This document shows, one piece after another, positions 13,301 to 26,115 of a stretch of DNA of 64,000 nt; within the stretch, counting starts at the first letter, position 1; every line of letters starts with the position of its first letter. The translations under genes and the position numbers were made by a program. Below the pieces are notes generated by a model. It was given only the letters and a program-made list of their open reading frames with translations, made no database searches and was not told where the DNA came from. This DNA comes from Marsupella aquatica (lineage: Eukaryota; Plantae; Marchantiophyta): positions 10,926,420-10,990,419 of the forward strand of contig OZ316892.1 in NCBI GenBank assembly GCA_973895155.1, in the 5' to 3' direction.

Positions 13301-14203
13301 CCGTTGGGTTTTCACAAATTTCCATCTGGGATGAGACAACTTCATCTACACCAGAAGGAACAACTTTAAAATACAAACTTCAAATGATTGACGGCCTCAT
13401 AAAGCACTGAAATCTTTTTCTGTATGAACTTCTGTTCATCCGGCCCGATTCAATATTGTAGATACATTAGCAAAAGTTTGAAAAACTCTGAAACTCCGCA
13501 ACACGACCAAAAAACTATCTTTTCAAAGTTGGAAATCTTGACCAACGTCATGCAGCTTGGATTACGCTAATCATCCATTTGACAAGATCTTCATTTCGCA
13601 AAGGTCCGTGGAGCATATTAGTATGTTGTGACGATTGCAAAATAAACCGGGGAAGCGAAACAGAGTAGGGGTCGAGGCGGAGCTCTCGTGGAGCGAGCGT
13701 GAATGACGATGGATCATTTTTTGACACTTAGCTTGTTCGGGGCAACGAGAATTTTCCCAGTGACTCGGTGCGCCCACTTCCCCGGAGAACACCAGGAGGA
13801 CAGTGTTCTCCCGCCCCTGACTGTCCCTTGTGAGTTGCCCGACACCCTTACTGGTGTCTGACAGAGTAGGTGTAACTACCCAAGGGTCAGTCCGGAAACT
13901 CATGGGTCTTTGATTGGAGCCCATCCTCGGGTTCTGATTAGTTCTGGCAATGTTGGGTAGGGGTAACCCAAGCCCAAGAGGGGGTAGTATTTATAAAACT
14001 GCCACAAAGACCAGAAGGCCTACCCCGGAGGCAAAAAGACCAAATAGAGGGAGGGAAAAGGGAAAGACCCAGAGAAGGCAAAAGAGGCCAAAATGAGATG
14101 TAATAATGGGGGGTGCTGATGAATACCGGGCAATAATATTCAGTATGGAAGTTGGCTTTACAAGAACATTTGCTTGATGGAACCCCAAAATGGAAAGTGT
14201 TAC

Positions 14204-14292
14204 TTTTTTTTCTTTTCTTTTTCTACTTTTTTTTTTATAGGGGAAATCTGTGAAAACCCACAGAAAGAGAAGAGTCAACCACAACACTTGAA
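14204..14292 (-). mobile_element. 3' part of a SINE-like repeat (same family as 53599-53717)
   Basis: Reverse complement gttcaagtgttgtggttgactcttctctttctgtgggttttcacagatttcccctat plus an A-rich tail matches 53642-53717. Confidence 0.6.
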
Positions 14293-14306
14293 CACAACTT
14301 GTGCAG

Positions 14307-14470
14307 ATTTTGGGCAAACATCACTGTCAATGTTGAGGTAGGTTAGTCAAATACTAATATCTTTAGTCAGACCATTAACTTTTCCTTTGATATTTGTTCA
14401 TTAAGGACAACTTGTGGGGATTTTGGACAAACATCACTGTCAAGATTGAGGTAGGCTATTCAAATACTTG
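14307..14470. repeat. Direct repeat, 2 x ~50 bp, ~113-bp period
   Basis: gattttgg(g/a)caaacatcactgtcaa..ttgaggtagg.ta.tcaaatact occurs twice. Confidence 0.8.
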
Positions 14471-17410
14471 ACATGTTAAAGGTTATCTTTGAGAAGAATG
14501 GAGGTCTTGAACGCTTTTTGCCACCAATTGAGCTCATCTGAGTATTGAAGATGCCTATTTGGATTTCAGTAAGACACCTAACCATGTCCTTGATTGTCAA
14601 TGTGGAAGAAGTACTCTTGGTGAAGAAAAATGCTTAAGTGTGACCTGAGAAAATCATTGTCTTAAAAAACCAACAGTGTCAGCCATATATTTACCCTCAC
14701 CCAAACAGCATGTGTGAGCAAAAGGTACTCCAGTGGTGAAAATGCTAAGTGTGATTGAGTACAATCTCCATAATTATTATCTTCCAGAACCAGTAGCACA
14801 ACCTGGGGGGGTTAACTAAGTGAGTTTGGGGTACCATGTGCAATCCAAGCCTGATAGAAATACTCCTAGTTATAAAATATATATTCTAAGAATAGTTTTA
14901 TTTTAAATATTAATAAACTATTTATTTTATAAAAGTTATGCATTAGAGAATATAGTATAAATTTGAATTTTAAATATCTTCTCTTACCATCTATGTCTTA
15001 AAACAATTTAGCTAATTTTCATTTGCATGTGGTTGCTACCATTTTTGGAAGTCAATGAGCAGCAATGGCAAAGATCCAATTTATTTCCACAAGGGATTCT
15101 CATTCAAATAAGACTTGTAACCCAAAAACTCCAGTCCATTGCTTATTCCAAAACACTCTTCCCTTGAACAGGTCACAATTAAAAGGAATGTAAACACAAC
15201 CACAAACTCATGTATTCCACTGACTCGTCTTCTAATGTATCCTCCCATGTATTTATTTGTATTGCTCCATCTAAAATGTTGCTTTGGAGTTGTTTTAAAC
15301 CTAATGGCTTTTAAATACATTGCCAATAAAGATCTTTGAATTTACAATACTTCCACGGGTTTTGTTGTATTAATTTACAAAAATACCATGGTTTCCGTGT
15401 ATAGTTCCCCTGGTTACCTTGGGGAACTTGTCATCCATATACAAAACAGTGGTATTTTTATAAATACAAAAAAACAAATAGTGACAGTATTGTCAATTAG
15501 AACATCTTTAGTAGCAAAGTACTTAAAAGCTGTGAAATGTAAACATGTTTCAATTGACTTCAAAGGTAGGTATTGCTACAAAATTTTAACATTCTTGTCT
15601 AATTATGGTAACTAAGGGTAAAGCCTCTATGACATATTTCATCTGCCATGAGCAAATCCTTCTTCTTGCAGGTCCATTTCATTAATAACTTAACCAGTAT
15701 AGTTTTCTTTCTTGGAGTTGTAGTATATTTTGCAAGTTTTTCCGTTTTCTTGGATTTGTGGTTTGCCATGCATTGATAGCATTGTCTCACAGTTTCTGGT
15801 CTTGTTTAATTTTTTCAAACAAGTTTGAAGTTACGAAAAACCTCAATTTCCCAGACCCAACAAGAGACACATGCTAAAAACATGCCTTAAAGCAGATTCA
15901 TGAAATCATGACCCAAATTTTTTAAGAATTCGGGAAATGAATATTCTCATACTTGAAAGAACAGAATTCACCACCCTGTCTCAAATTATTTTGAACTCTT
16001 GGAATTTGGAATATTGGCACGTTGTTTTATGCTTAGGTGCACTAGGGTGTATGCAGGGGATTTTCCAAGCCAGGACTTGAGTTTCTATTGTTGGCTGTTG
16101 TGCTGGTCCTTGGTATAGATCTTGCACTTATGGCTCAAGGTTTAATTTGAAATAAGTCAGGGTTTTTCCTTACCTGAGCCCAAATTTCTTGGGTTCGCCT
16201 GGGGCTGGGTTTCAGTTAATCTGCATTAAAGTAATTAAAACAATCTTCTTCATTCATCCCCATTTGATGTGAAAGCTTATTTTAATTCACCAAGAATTGT
16301 GAGCAAAGCTTGGGCCTAAGGGCTATATTTGATCAGCAAAGCATAATTATACTTAGTACACTGACCATTTTTTCTCAAAGTTCTTTTTGTCTCACCTTCA
16401 CTTGTTTGCATATAGTTCTAATATTCTGTCTAGTGACTCCCCCACGCAGGTTTCCCCCAAACTTTTGCAATTACATAGGCGATTGCATAAACAACCCAGT
16501 CATAAAAATAACACTTTGGTCTCACTTTACAATTTTGTACCTCACCTTGACATTTTTCTACCACAAGAAAGAGGAGAGAGGGGAGGAAGCCAGATTGAAT
16601 AAGTTACCCAACTGCAATGACAATTGTGTAACACACAAGCATCGACCATCTTGTAAAGGTTAACTCTAAGTTGTGGGCTAACCTCTCATAGCCTAATTGG
16701 CATTAGGGACTTAATGGTGATTAGTTGTGACTTGAGTGCCTAGCATATAGAGGGGTAAGGAAGAGCCCCGTAGTGAGACTCGTGCTCATTTGTGGAGGAG
16801 CAAGCTAGTAGCTAGGCTAGCAATCTTGGAGCTTGTACTTGGAGGCCAAAGCCTAGTAAGCTCCTGCATTCCCATGGACAATCAAGCCTTGACAAAGGCA
16901 AACCACATATTTCCAAGACATATTAATGGCATAAGTGTGATTTGCTTGCTAGTTTCTTGTGACTGTATGTTGTTTCCGGAATTTGACATATTATAGCATG
17001 CTCATCCTGGAACATGCTTGAGTTTTTGTCTTGTAGTGATTTGAAAGTAAATAAAAAATGAGAACATAACTAGAAGGATTGGTGCACAGTGACCAATGAA
17101 AAGTACAATCAAGAATGTTACTATGTCTGCACTTAATTCAATGTCCTCATGAATGACACTCATTTCAATAAAAACCATAAAGTTAGGAAAGAAAGACATG
17201 AGGGGAACTTAAGACACAATCAGGCCTCCTTCTCCTAGGGGGGCCCTTGTTTCGGTTCCGTGGAATAAAGACAAATTCCCCCCCCCCCCAATAAAAAGAA
17301 AAAGGAAAAGAAAAAAAGAAAAAGAAAAAGAAAAAAAGCACAATCATAATCATTTCTCTCATTCATGAGAATGTTAAGTGGTGGAGCAGTTCATTTCATC
17401 TCTAATAAAT

Positions 17411-17627
17411 TGTTAGATATTGCTCTAGTCTTGTGACTCATGAGAGATAGGGAGAGCTTGTGCTATGGATGCTTGGTATGGCCGGTCGGCCTAGAGTGCA
17501 GTAAAGCTCTTGTGTGTTCCCGTGGACGTAGCCTCATGTGGAAGTGAACCACGTATCTCTTTGTGTCGACTATTGTGCGTTGGATGGTTCATGGGCTTGC
17601 CGTTACGAATGTCGTCTATGCTCAACA
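17411..17627 (+). repeat. 5' LTR
   Basis: tgttagatat...ctcaaca followed by the PBS. Confidence 0.97.
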
Positions 17628-18236
17628 AGTGGTATCAGAGCATGCCTGGGAGGTGACGAGGTTTTTTCGTGACAGGTTTTTTCCAGCGTTCATTGTCGAT
17701 GGTACATTCGGAGTTTCGTCGCATGAAACTCGAATGTGTGTGGCTGAGCGGATAGGCTAGTGAGAGGGCTTTCTAACGGTGGATAGAACTCGCTGATCGG
17801 TATCCGTGGTGCGGAGGAATCAAAGTTTGCATCGTTCAGGGTTTTATTCGTGTTCGACGGTATTTTTAGGGGAGAGACCAGAGATCACATTTTTCAACGG
17901 TGTGAGCCGTGCGGTGCGGGAGGGATCGCACATTTTAGCTCAAGTTGAAGCTTGAAGTGAGCTGGTCATTTTGGTAGTTGAATTGCGGCCGAGTTGTTAC
18001 CGAGTGTGTCGTGACGAGTGAAGGAGGCGTTCAGGTTTTTTTCACAAGCTAAGGAGCTTGTTCTCAACTGAACCGGGTTTTCTCTTCGTGACGTCCGACT
18101 TGGTGGAAGAAACGTGAAGTGCTACGGCTCAACGTTTTGATCGTGGCGAGGCAGTCGTTTTGAGCCCGGGATTGGCACTTGACGTGGAGTGAAGGCGACG
18201 CGACGAAAAGTTTAGTCTCTGCTGAAGTAGCAAACT

Positions 18237-19352
18237 GTGCCGGTGAAATTCGGCCACTTTTACCGTCGGCGGCATTCACTTTCCTTGTCTCAAACAACAG
18301 CTTATCAAGAGGATACTGGAAGAATTGGCGTCAGTGGAGCTTCAGGATCGCGAAGGTCAGACGGAGAGTCTGAGGAGGAGCTGCTACCATTTGAGGAGGA
18401 ACAAGTAACACCGGTACGATCACCGGTGCGGCGTGCAGTGGAGGAAGCTGTACTACTACCAGAGCTGTTGGTAGTTGGGAAGAAGAGGGAGATGGCTAGA
18501 TTCGGAGGAGTAAAGTTTGAGGTGGAGAAGTACGATGGTCGTACTGATTACTTGCTGTGGGAGAAGCAAGTGAAGGGTGTTCTTCGGGCCATGGGCTTAG
18601 CTCATCTGCTCTCTTCGCGAGAGCAGTATGATGGAGAGGAGGAGATCTCAGAAAAGCAGTGGAGATAGGAGCAGGTGATTGTTGTTAATGCAGTGATGCT
18701 TTATTTGAAGCCGCACATCATCAAACAGCTGAATGATTATGCGGATTGCGCATCACTGTTCAAGGCTCTAAGAGAGAAGTATTACCGGGAAGATGCGTCA
18801 GACCGGCTATACAAGAAGTCTCTCTTGATGAGCCTCAGGCTCAAGGAAGGGAGCAAGATGCAGGATCACTTGGATGAATTTGACAATCTAGCGGTGGATC
18901 TGTCAAACCTGAGAAAAGGAGTTGAAGATGAGGATAAGGCCTTGCTTCTACTAAGCTCCTTACCGCCGTCATATCAGGGCTTGAAACAGGTGCTCTTGTA
19001 TAGAGATCTAAAGTCCATTTCGTATAATGAGGTGGTGAGCTCATTACTGTCTGATGATGCTCAGAAGAAGCTGGGTCAATCACAGATAGCATCTTCTTCT
19101 AGCACTGCGCTCAATGTGAACAGGGGAAGAGTAGCGCAGCGCACGAATGGACAGAACAGGTTTAGATCTACATCACGGGGGAGATCTAAATCCAGAGGGA
19201 AATCGCAAGAGAGGAAGCCTCTTGCATGTTGGAATTGTGGCAAGCCTGGCCACATGAAAAGGGATTGTCGAGTAAAGGTCCCTACTGCCTCTGCTAACGC
19301 GGCATCGAGCTCGCATGAGGTAGATTTACTCGATGATGATGACATATTGTGA
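18237..19352 (+). pseudogene. gag: Copia gag (one internal TAG at 18666-18668)
   Basis: KFEVEKYDG...W, HLDEFDNL, EDKALLLLSSLPPSY; zinc knuckle CWNCGKPGHMKRDC. Confidence 0.92.
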
Positions 19353-22300
19353 TGTCAAGGTTATGCTCTCAACGTAGTGTCAAATCCAGGTAGTGATGAC
19401 TGGATTCTAGATAGTGCATGTACTTTTCACATTTGCTCTAGGAGAGATTTTTTCAGTTCTTACACGGTTTCCAACGGGTCAGTGTTGATGGGAAATGGAA
19501 TCCCATGTCAAGTTGTTGGACTTGGATCTGTAAGATTTCAGATGTTTGATGGTGCTGTGAGAACATTGAGGAATGTAAGACATATTCCCAGCATGATGAA
19601 AAATCTCATTTCACTTGGAGTTTTAGAAGCAAATGGCCATCAATGGAGTTCTGCTAATGGTGTCCTTCAGGTTTCAACTGGTACTAAAGTTGTATTGAAG
19701 GGAAAGAGACATTGCAATCTATACATTTTGGAGGGCAGTGTAGTCAGTGATGAAGCCAATGCAACCTTATCTCATGAGGAGACGGCCCGGCTGTGGCACT
19801 TCCGTTTGGGCCACATGAGTGAAAAAGGTTTGGTTATTCTTCAGAAGAAAGGATTACTTTCTAATTTGCAGTCTTGTAAGTTAGAATTTTGTGAGCACTG
19901 TGTGCTAGGGAAGCAGCACAGGAAACCCTTCGGAGTTGGAACTCACACCAGCAAGGAGGTACTTGAGTATGTACATAGTGATGTGTGGGGTCCAGCCCCT
20001 ACTCCCTCACATTCTGGACGGTGATACTATGTCACGTTTATAGACGATTACTCAAGGTATGTGTGGATATACTTTCTACACAATAAGTTTGATGTTTTTG
20101 CCATTTTTAAGGAGTGGAAAGCCCAGGTTGAGAATCAAACTGGTAATAAGGTGAGATATCTTTGATCGGATAACGGCGGTGAATACAGTTCCGGGGAATT
20201 TGGAATGTATTGTAAGGAGCAAGGGATTCCCCCCATCTCACAACAAGTTATACTCCTCAGCAGAATGGTGTTTCTGAGAGACTCAACCGAACACTATTGG
20301 ACCGCTCGAGGAGTATGTTGAGTCAATCATGCTTACCACATGAGTTTTGGGCTGAAGCTGTTAACACTGCAGCTTATTTGGTAAATTTTTCTCCATCCAG
20401 TTCTATTGGATTCAAGACGCCATATGAAATGAGGTACGGGCGTCCAGCAGATTATTCACATCTGATGATTTTTGGATGTGATGCTTATGTGCTTACACCT
20501 TCCCAGCTTCGATCCAAGCTGGAGTCCAAGTCGAAGAAGTGCATTTTCCTTGGCTATCAGAAAGGTGTGAAGGGTTATAGGTTATGGGATCCAGTAACCT
20601 GTAAGCTAATTGTCAGTAAAGATGTGTCATTTAATGAATCCAGATCATCAAAGGAGGGGGAGAGTTCTCAAGACTCCCATACTGACAAGGGGAAATCTCC
20701 CATCCCGGACCGGGTTGAGGGGGAGATTAGTCATGATGCAGTTCATGATAGGAAAGATGGAGAAGCTCTGAGCTTGGAGCTGGTTCCTATGATGGAACAA
20801 GAGGAGCAAATTGTTGCTGGGGTACCTCAAATTCAACCAGTAGCAGCAACAGATCAGCCTGAGTCATCTACTAGAAGAACTTCCAGTCGTTCTACTAGAG
20901 CTCCTACCAGGTATGGTCAATGGGCAGACTCATCTAAGCTAGATGATATTGACATTGCACCTGATGAAGATGATATGGCTTTGATCTTGGAAGAAGGAGA
21001 GCCTTCTTCGTATAGTGAGGCTTGTGCTTCAGAGCAGAAGCATGAGTGAAATGCAGCAATGCAGAGGGAGTTGCAATCTTTGAGTGACAACAAGACATGG
21101 GAGCTGGTGGAGCTTCCAAGAGGTCAGCAAGTGGTGGACAGTAAGTGGATTTACAAGTTGAAGGATAGTCCTTCAGAGGGTGGAGATAAGATCTACAAGG
21201 CAAGGCTTGTTGCCAAGGGGTTTACTCAGGAGAAAGGAGTCGATTACAATGAGGTCTTTTCACCGGTGGCTAAGTATTCCACAATTCGGATCTTGTGTCA
21301 GCTTGTTGTGTTTTTTAATCTGGTGATGGATCAGATGGATGTTGTTACTGCTTCTCTCTATGGCAACTTGGAAGAGATGATCTTCATGAGATAGCCACTA
21401 GGCTTTATGAAGAAGGGCCAAGAGAACTTAGTTTGCAGATTGCTCAAATCCTTGTATGGATTGAAGCAGTCTCCCAGACAGTGGAACAAGCGGTTTGATG
21501 ATTTCATGCTTGCTCAAGGTTTTACAAGGATGGTGTATGATCCTTGTGTGTATACGAAATCAGTCAAGAATGATGTATTTGGTTTCATCATTCTGGTGAT
21601 CTATGTGGATGACATGCTGATTGTGGCTAAAGATCAATCTGAGGTTGACAGTCTCAAGGCGAAATTGAGTGCTGAATTCAGGATGAAGGATCTTGGTAAG
21701 GCCAAGAGGATCTTAGGATGGAGATTTTTAGGAACTCTGATACTGGACAGTTGTGCTTGAGTCAAGGCCAATATGCGAGGAAAGTACTTGCACAATTCAA
21801 CATGGAGAACTGTAAGCCAGTGAGTATTCCTTTAGCTTCACATTTTAAGTTATCATCGGCTTTCTCTCCTATGGATGCTGTGGAGAAAGGTTTGATGACT
21901 AAGATTCCTTTTGAGAAGGCAGTAGGCAGTCTGATGTATTTGATGACTTGTACTAGGCCTGACTTGGCCCTAGCGATGGGCAAGGTTAGTAGATTCATGT
22001 CAAATCCAGGGAAAGTACATTGGGAAGCTGTGAAGTGGATTCTGAAGGGTACACAGGACTATGGATTACTATTTGATAACAGATCAGATAGAACGTTAGT
22101 TGGCTATGTAGATTCTGACTATGGAGACTGTCTGGATACAAGGAGGTCTACAACTGGGTTTGTATACACTCTTGGAGGAGGATGTATCAGTTGGAAATCT
22201 ACCTTGCAGAAGTGCATATCTCAGTCTACTACAGAAGGAGAGTATGTTGCAGCAGCAGAAGCAGCAAAGGAAGCAATTTGGTTGGATAAGTTGATCGCGG

Positions 22301-22560
22301 AGATGGGTTTAGAGCATGGAAAAATGACTCTAAACTGTGATAGTCAGAGTGCTCTTCACTTGGCTGCTAACCAGGTGATGGATAGCAGGGTGAAGCACAT
22401 TGATATCAGGTACCATTTTATCAGGCAAGCAGTGTCTGATAAAACTTTTGAGCTAGTCAAAATTGATGGAAAGCTCAATCCCGCTGATGCTTTTACCAAA
22501 GTGATTCCTTTGGAGAGTTTCTCAAGACACCGTGCTACTTTGCAGGTTTTGCAGTTGTAG
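19353..22560 (+). pseudogene. pol: Copia pol (protease, GAG-pre-integrase, integrase, RT, RNase H) with stops and frameshifts
   Basis: WILDSAC; LWHFRLGH..CEHC; HSDVWGP; FWAEAVNTA; YKARLVAKGFTQ; IYVDDML; GYVDSD; KHIDIRYHF. Stops at ~20022, ~20163, 21047, 21392; frameshifts near 20230 and 21718. Confidence 0.95.
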
Positions 22561-22767
22561 TGCAAGTAGAGTTATTTAGCAATGTGTGACTATTTGTATA
22601 TGGATTACTCATTCCTGTTTGGCTACGGCTTAGTTCTAGTTAACCCTTAGTTAACCCTTGTGGTTTTTAGGGGGAGACCTGGTTTGGTGATTGTCTAGAA
22701 CTTCCCGCTGAGGATTCCATATGGTAGCATTTAGTCCAGTCCCCAAGACAAGAGTCAAGGGGGAGTT

Positions 22768-22984
22768 TGTTAGATATTGCTCTAGTCTTGTGACTCATGA
22801 GAGATAGGGAGAGCTTGTGCTGTGGATGCTTGGTATGGCCGGTCGGCCTAGAGTGCAGTAAAGCTCTTGTGTGTTCCCGTGGACGTAGCCTCATGTGGAG
22901 GTGAACCACGTATCTCTCTGTGTCGACTATTGTGCGTTGGATGGTTCATGGGCTTGCCGTTACGAATGTCGTCTATGCTCAACA
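22768..22984 (+). repeat. 3' LTR
   Basis: Follows the PPT; 214/217 identical to the 5' LTR; followed by TSD taaat. Confidence 0.97.
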
Positions 22985-23335
22985 TAAATCACAAACATTA
23001 AAATTTTATAAGGGGGCTGCCAAAATAAGTTCAAAATACTTTAGAATAAATTAAATTAAAATGTAAATTAAAGGGGTCCATAAATTAATTAAAAATGTAT
23101 ACTATACACAGGCTGCCCCTTGATAAAGCACATTGAAATAAAAATATATGACACCAAAACTCTGAATTAGACGAAACCTGAAAGGTGGATCTAGCAGTTT
23201 CAAAAATTTGACACATATGATCATAACAACACCATTGCTGCAATGACAACATGGTCACAAGGGCACATAAGATGTTTCATAAACTTCCTTGCCTCACCCA
23301 CATTTCTTTGCCTTAGCTCAACACGATGGGACAAA

Positions 23336-23463
23336 CAACCACATGTTCACAACAAGTGCATGACCATAATTATGTCATATGGCCACAACTGCACATTCCC
23401 ATCAACCACATGTTCACAACAAGTGCATGACCATAATTATGTCATATGGCCACAACTGCACAT
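23336..23463. repeat. Tandem duplication of 61 bp, 67-bp period
   Basis: caaccacatgttcacaacaagtgcatgaccataattatgtcatatggccacaactgcacat at 23336 and 23403. Confidence 0.95.
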
Positions 23464-25102
23464 AGCATCCTTTAACAATTTTCTTGCCTCACCTGCATTT
23501 CTTTACCTTTCCTTCACATATTTGCCTTGCCTCAACATCTTTTCCTATACTTGACACCTTTTGCCTTGTCTTGCAATCTTTGCCTATTTTTGAATTGTGT
23601 GTGCAACTCACGGTCATTGGGCTAATTGTTGGGCTAATTGTACGTAATATCTCATGCATGTGCTGCACTGGACATAGTACATACATGTGGATCAACACCC
23701 CTTTGTCATAGTGGTCCACAAGTACCTTGATCCAAATACACTCTGTTGCATCCAAAATGAGTTGTTTATGGATCATCATACAGCCAAGACAAGGTGTATG
23801 GCTATATGGGGGAAATTAGATAAAATGAGATACAAAGAGGAGGGTAACTATTCAAAAATAGGTTCCTATCCTCAGTCTGCTTGTTGCTCTGTCTCTACAC
23901 CCCATTGTAGGAGGCAAGCTAGGAGGGTGGCGATAAATATCAGCTTGAGCACTGAGAATGTAAGACCATTGAGGGCTGTTGTGAAAGTTGGCACCTACCC
24001 CTGAATACAAAAATTCAAAGACCCTCATAGAACTAGCTTGGTACTAACATCAGACAATGGCCATGCCATTTTCAATCTTCTGCCCAGCTACTAGACAGGT
24101 TTCCTGCTGTCTATGCTATCATTGTAATTTCTTTGGGAGATCATGGGCATGCTGATTTGAGCTCGCGGAGGTATACTTTCCAGGGACCTAAATAATCTCT
24201 CTGGTAGAGTTGTAGTTGTGTCATTCAGTACGTTCTCAATCCATTCATAGAATCAAAGCTCAAGGGCTCGGTTTTTTTTTAATTTGGCACAGTTCTCATT
24301 ATCTGAAATGACAAGATTGGATCCCATCTGTGTTGTGATGGTGATGTCTCCTGCTGAACAATTGCTCTTCCAATGAAGTTCACAAAAAATGGAATGATTA
24401 GAAGAATTCATTCAGTTGCCGGTTAACTCCCTTAATCTTAACTCGATAGCATAGTTCATCTCTATAGACAATGTGCATGGATAGAATGATGGCCCATATC
24501 CATCCTGGAACAAAGGTGAACTTTGTCAACATCACCAATGAAGAACCCCATGCTTTCTCAAAAGATCTTGAGGAAGACATTGTAGATAAATACTTTTCCT
24601 TTTATCTAAGTACAATAAGTTGTGGAGGAGCAGTGATAAACTCAGAGTGAACATGAAAGATAATCTCGCTTCACTTGCCCAACAAATACACATTGTGGAG
24701 GTTAATATATTTGAATAGATTGTGACTTCAGTTTCCATGATCGATCAAACTTCAACAATACAAGTAGGTGACACAGAAAAAGCAATGGTCAGTTGTGGGC
24801 ATTGAGCCTCAAGGACATGCCTAGCCTGGCATTCAATGAATCAAAACAAAATTTTCTGAATGCAATTTTGAAGTTAACTAAATCAACCGAAGCTAGAGCA
24901 AAATAATTGAGTATCAAATCCATGAGACAAAGGCAAGAAATTCACCAAGCACAATTCAAGAAACAATTCAAGAATACGGGTCTGTGACATAGACAAAACA
25001 AAACAAAACACTCGCACATAGATCTGTTGTGGGCATTGAGCTTCAACAATGTGCCTTGCCTGACATTCAATGAATTAATCAAAACATAAATAGGCATAGT
25101 TT

Positions 25103-25445
25103 TGTTAGGTATTTACTCAAGGTCTAGGGTTACGACATGTAACCGTAGTTAGGCTAACCGTAGTCGGAGATGTGGTTAGGTTAACTAGGATGCACACTAT
25201 ATGCCAAACGGTGTTTGCTTGGATAAGTGGAACTTAGGCTCATTGTTATGGAGCCACTTGAGAGATGAGTAGAGTTTACACTGTAAAGACTTGGTATGAC
25301 CGACGGGCTTAGAGTTCAGTAAAGCTCTCTTGTGTGTTCCTGTGGACGTAGCCTCGAGGAGGTGAACCACGTATCTCTTGTGTCGACTACTTGCATGTTG
25401 GATGTGTCATGTGCTTACCGTTACGAGTGTCGTCTATGCTCAACA
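25103..25445 (+). mobile_element. Solo LTR of the same Copia family
   Basis: tgttaggt...ctatgctcaaca, 343 bp; TSD AGTTT on both sides; no PBS or PPT adjacent; R-U5 similar to the LTRs at 17411 and 55064. Confidence 0.95.
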
Positions 25446-26115
25446 AGTTTCTTTGGAGTTTAATATTTGCAGTTTTTGATATGATACTTTCATACCCCTT
25501 GAAAATGTAACCATGAAGGTGATCAATGTAACCAAAGTTTGTCTGAAACTGTAGCGTGATGACACTTGTCTACCTAAATTTGACTCTGACTAGTAAGGTT
25601 TTGGTTAAACTCAATCATTTTGTAAAAGATAGGTGACTTTATGGATATCCGGCAATCAACCATGGTTTCTTGCTAACAAAGTTTGAAAGATATATGACTT
25701 TACAGATATCTCTAATATCCAAATTAATTTTAAATTTATATTTAAATCCCAAATTAAAAGTAATTTAAAATTCATTTTGTCATTGTGTGTGTGTGTGTGT
25801 GGGGAGGGAAGGGAAGGGGAAAATGAATCACACCTCAATATTAAAAAGATCACATTGCACTATAGGGCAACTACATCGCGTTGTAGAACTGCGACAAAAC
25901 ATTGTGATAGAGGCAATGCCGGAGGGGGGTCATTGAGCCATTAGGTGTAGGCATAATGAAGTTGAATATTCTAGTTGTTTCTGTTTGACCCGCGTAAAAA
26001 AAATGTGGAAATGCCTAAGGTCGGTGATGGACATTTTATTATTTCTACGGCAATTTGATTAATTGGTCAGAGAGAGAAATATAGACGCATGCAAAAAATT
26101 GATGTAGCTCATGCT

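Larger units (their letters stand above)
17411..22984 (+). mobile_element. Full-length Ty1/Copia LTR retrotransposon (defective ORFs)
   Basis: TG...CA LTRs 17411-17627 and 22768-22984 (217 bp, 3 transitions); TSD TAAAT on both sides; PBS tggtatcagagc (tRNA-iMet) 17630-17641; PPT aagggggag 22758-22765; domain order gag-PR-IN-RT-RH. Confidence 0.98.

Noticed and set aside
23700-24760. Possible decayed transposase or gene fragments (also 32200-33300 and 36700-37080)
   Set aside because: No diagnostic motif identified by eye; needs blastx.
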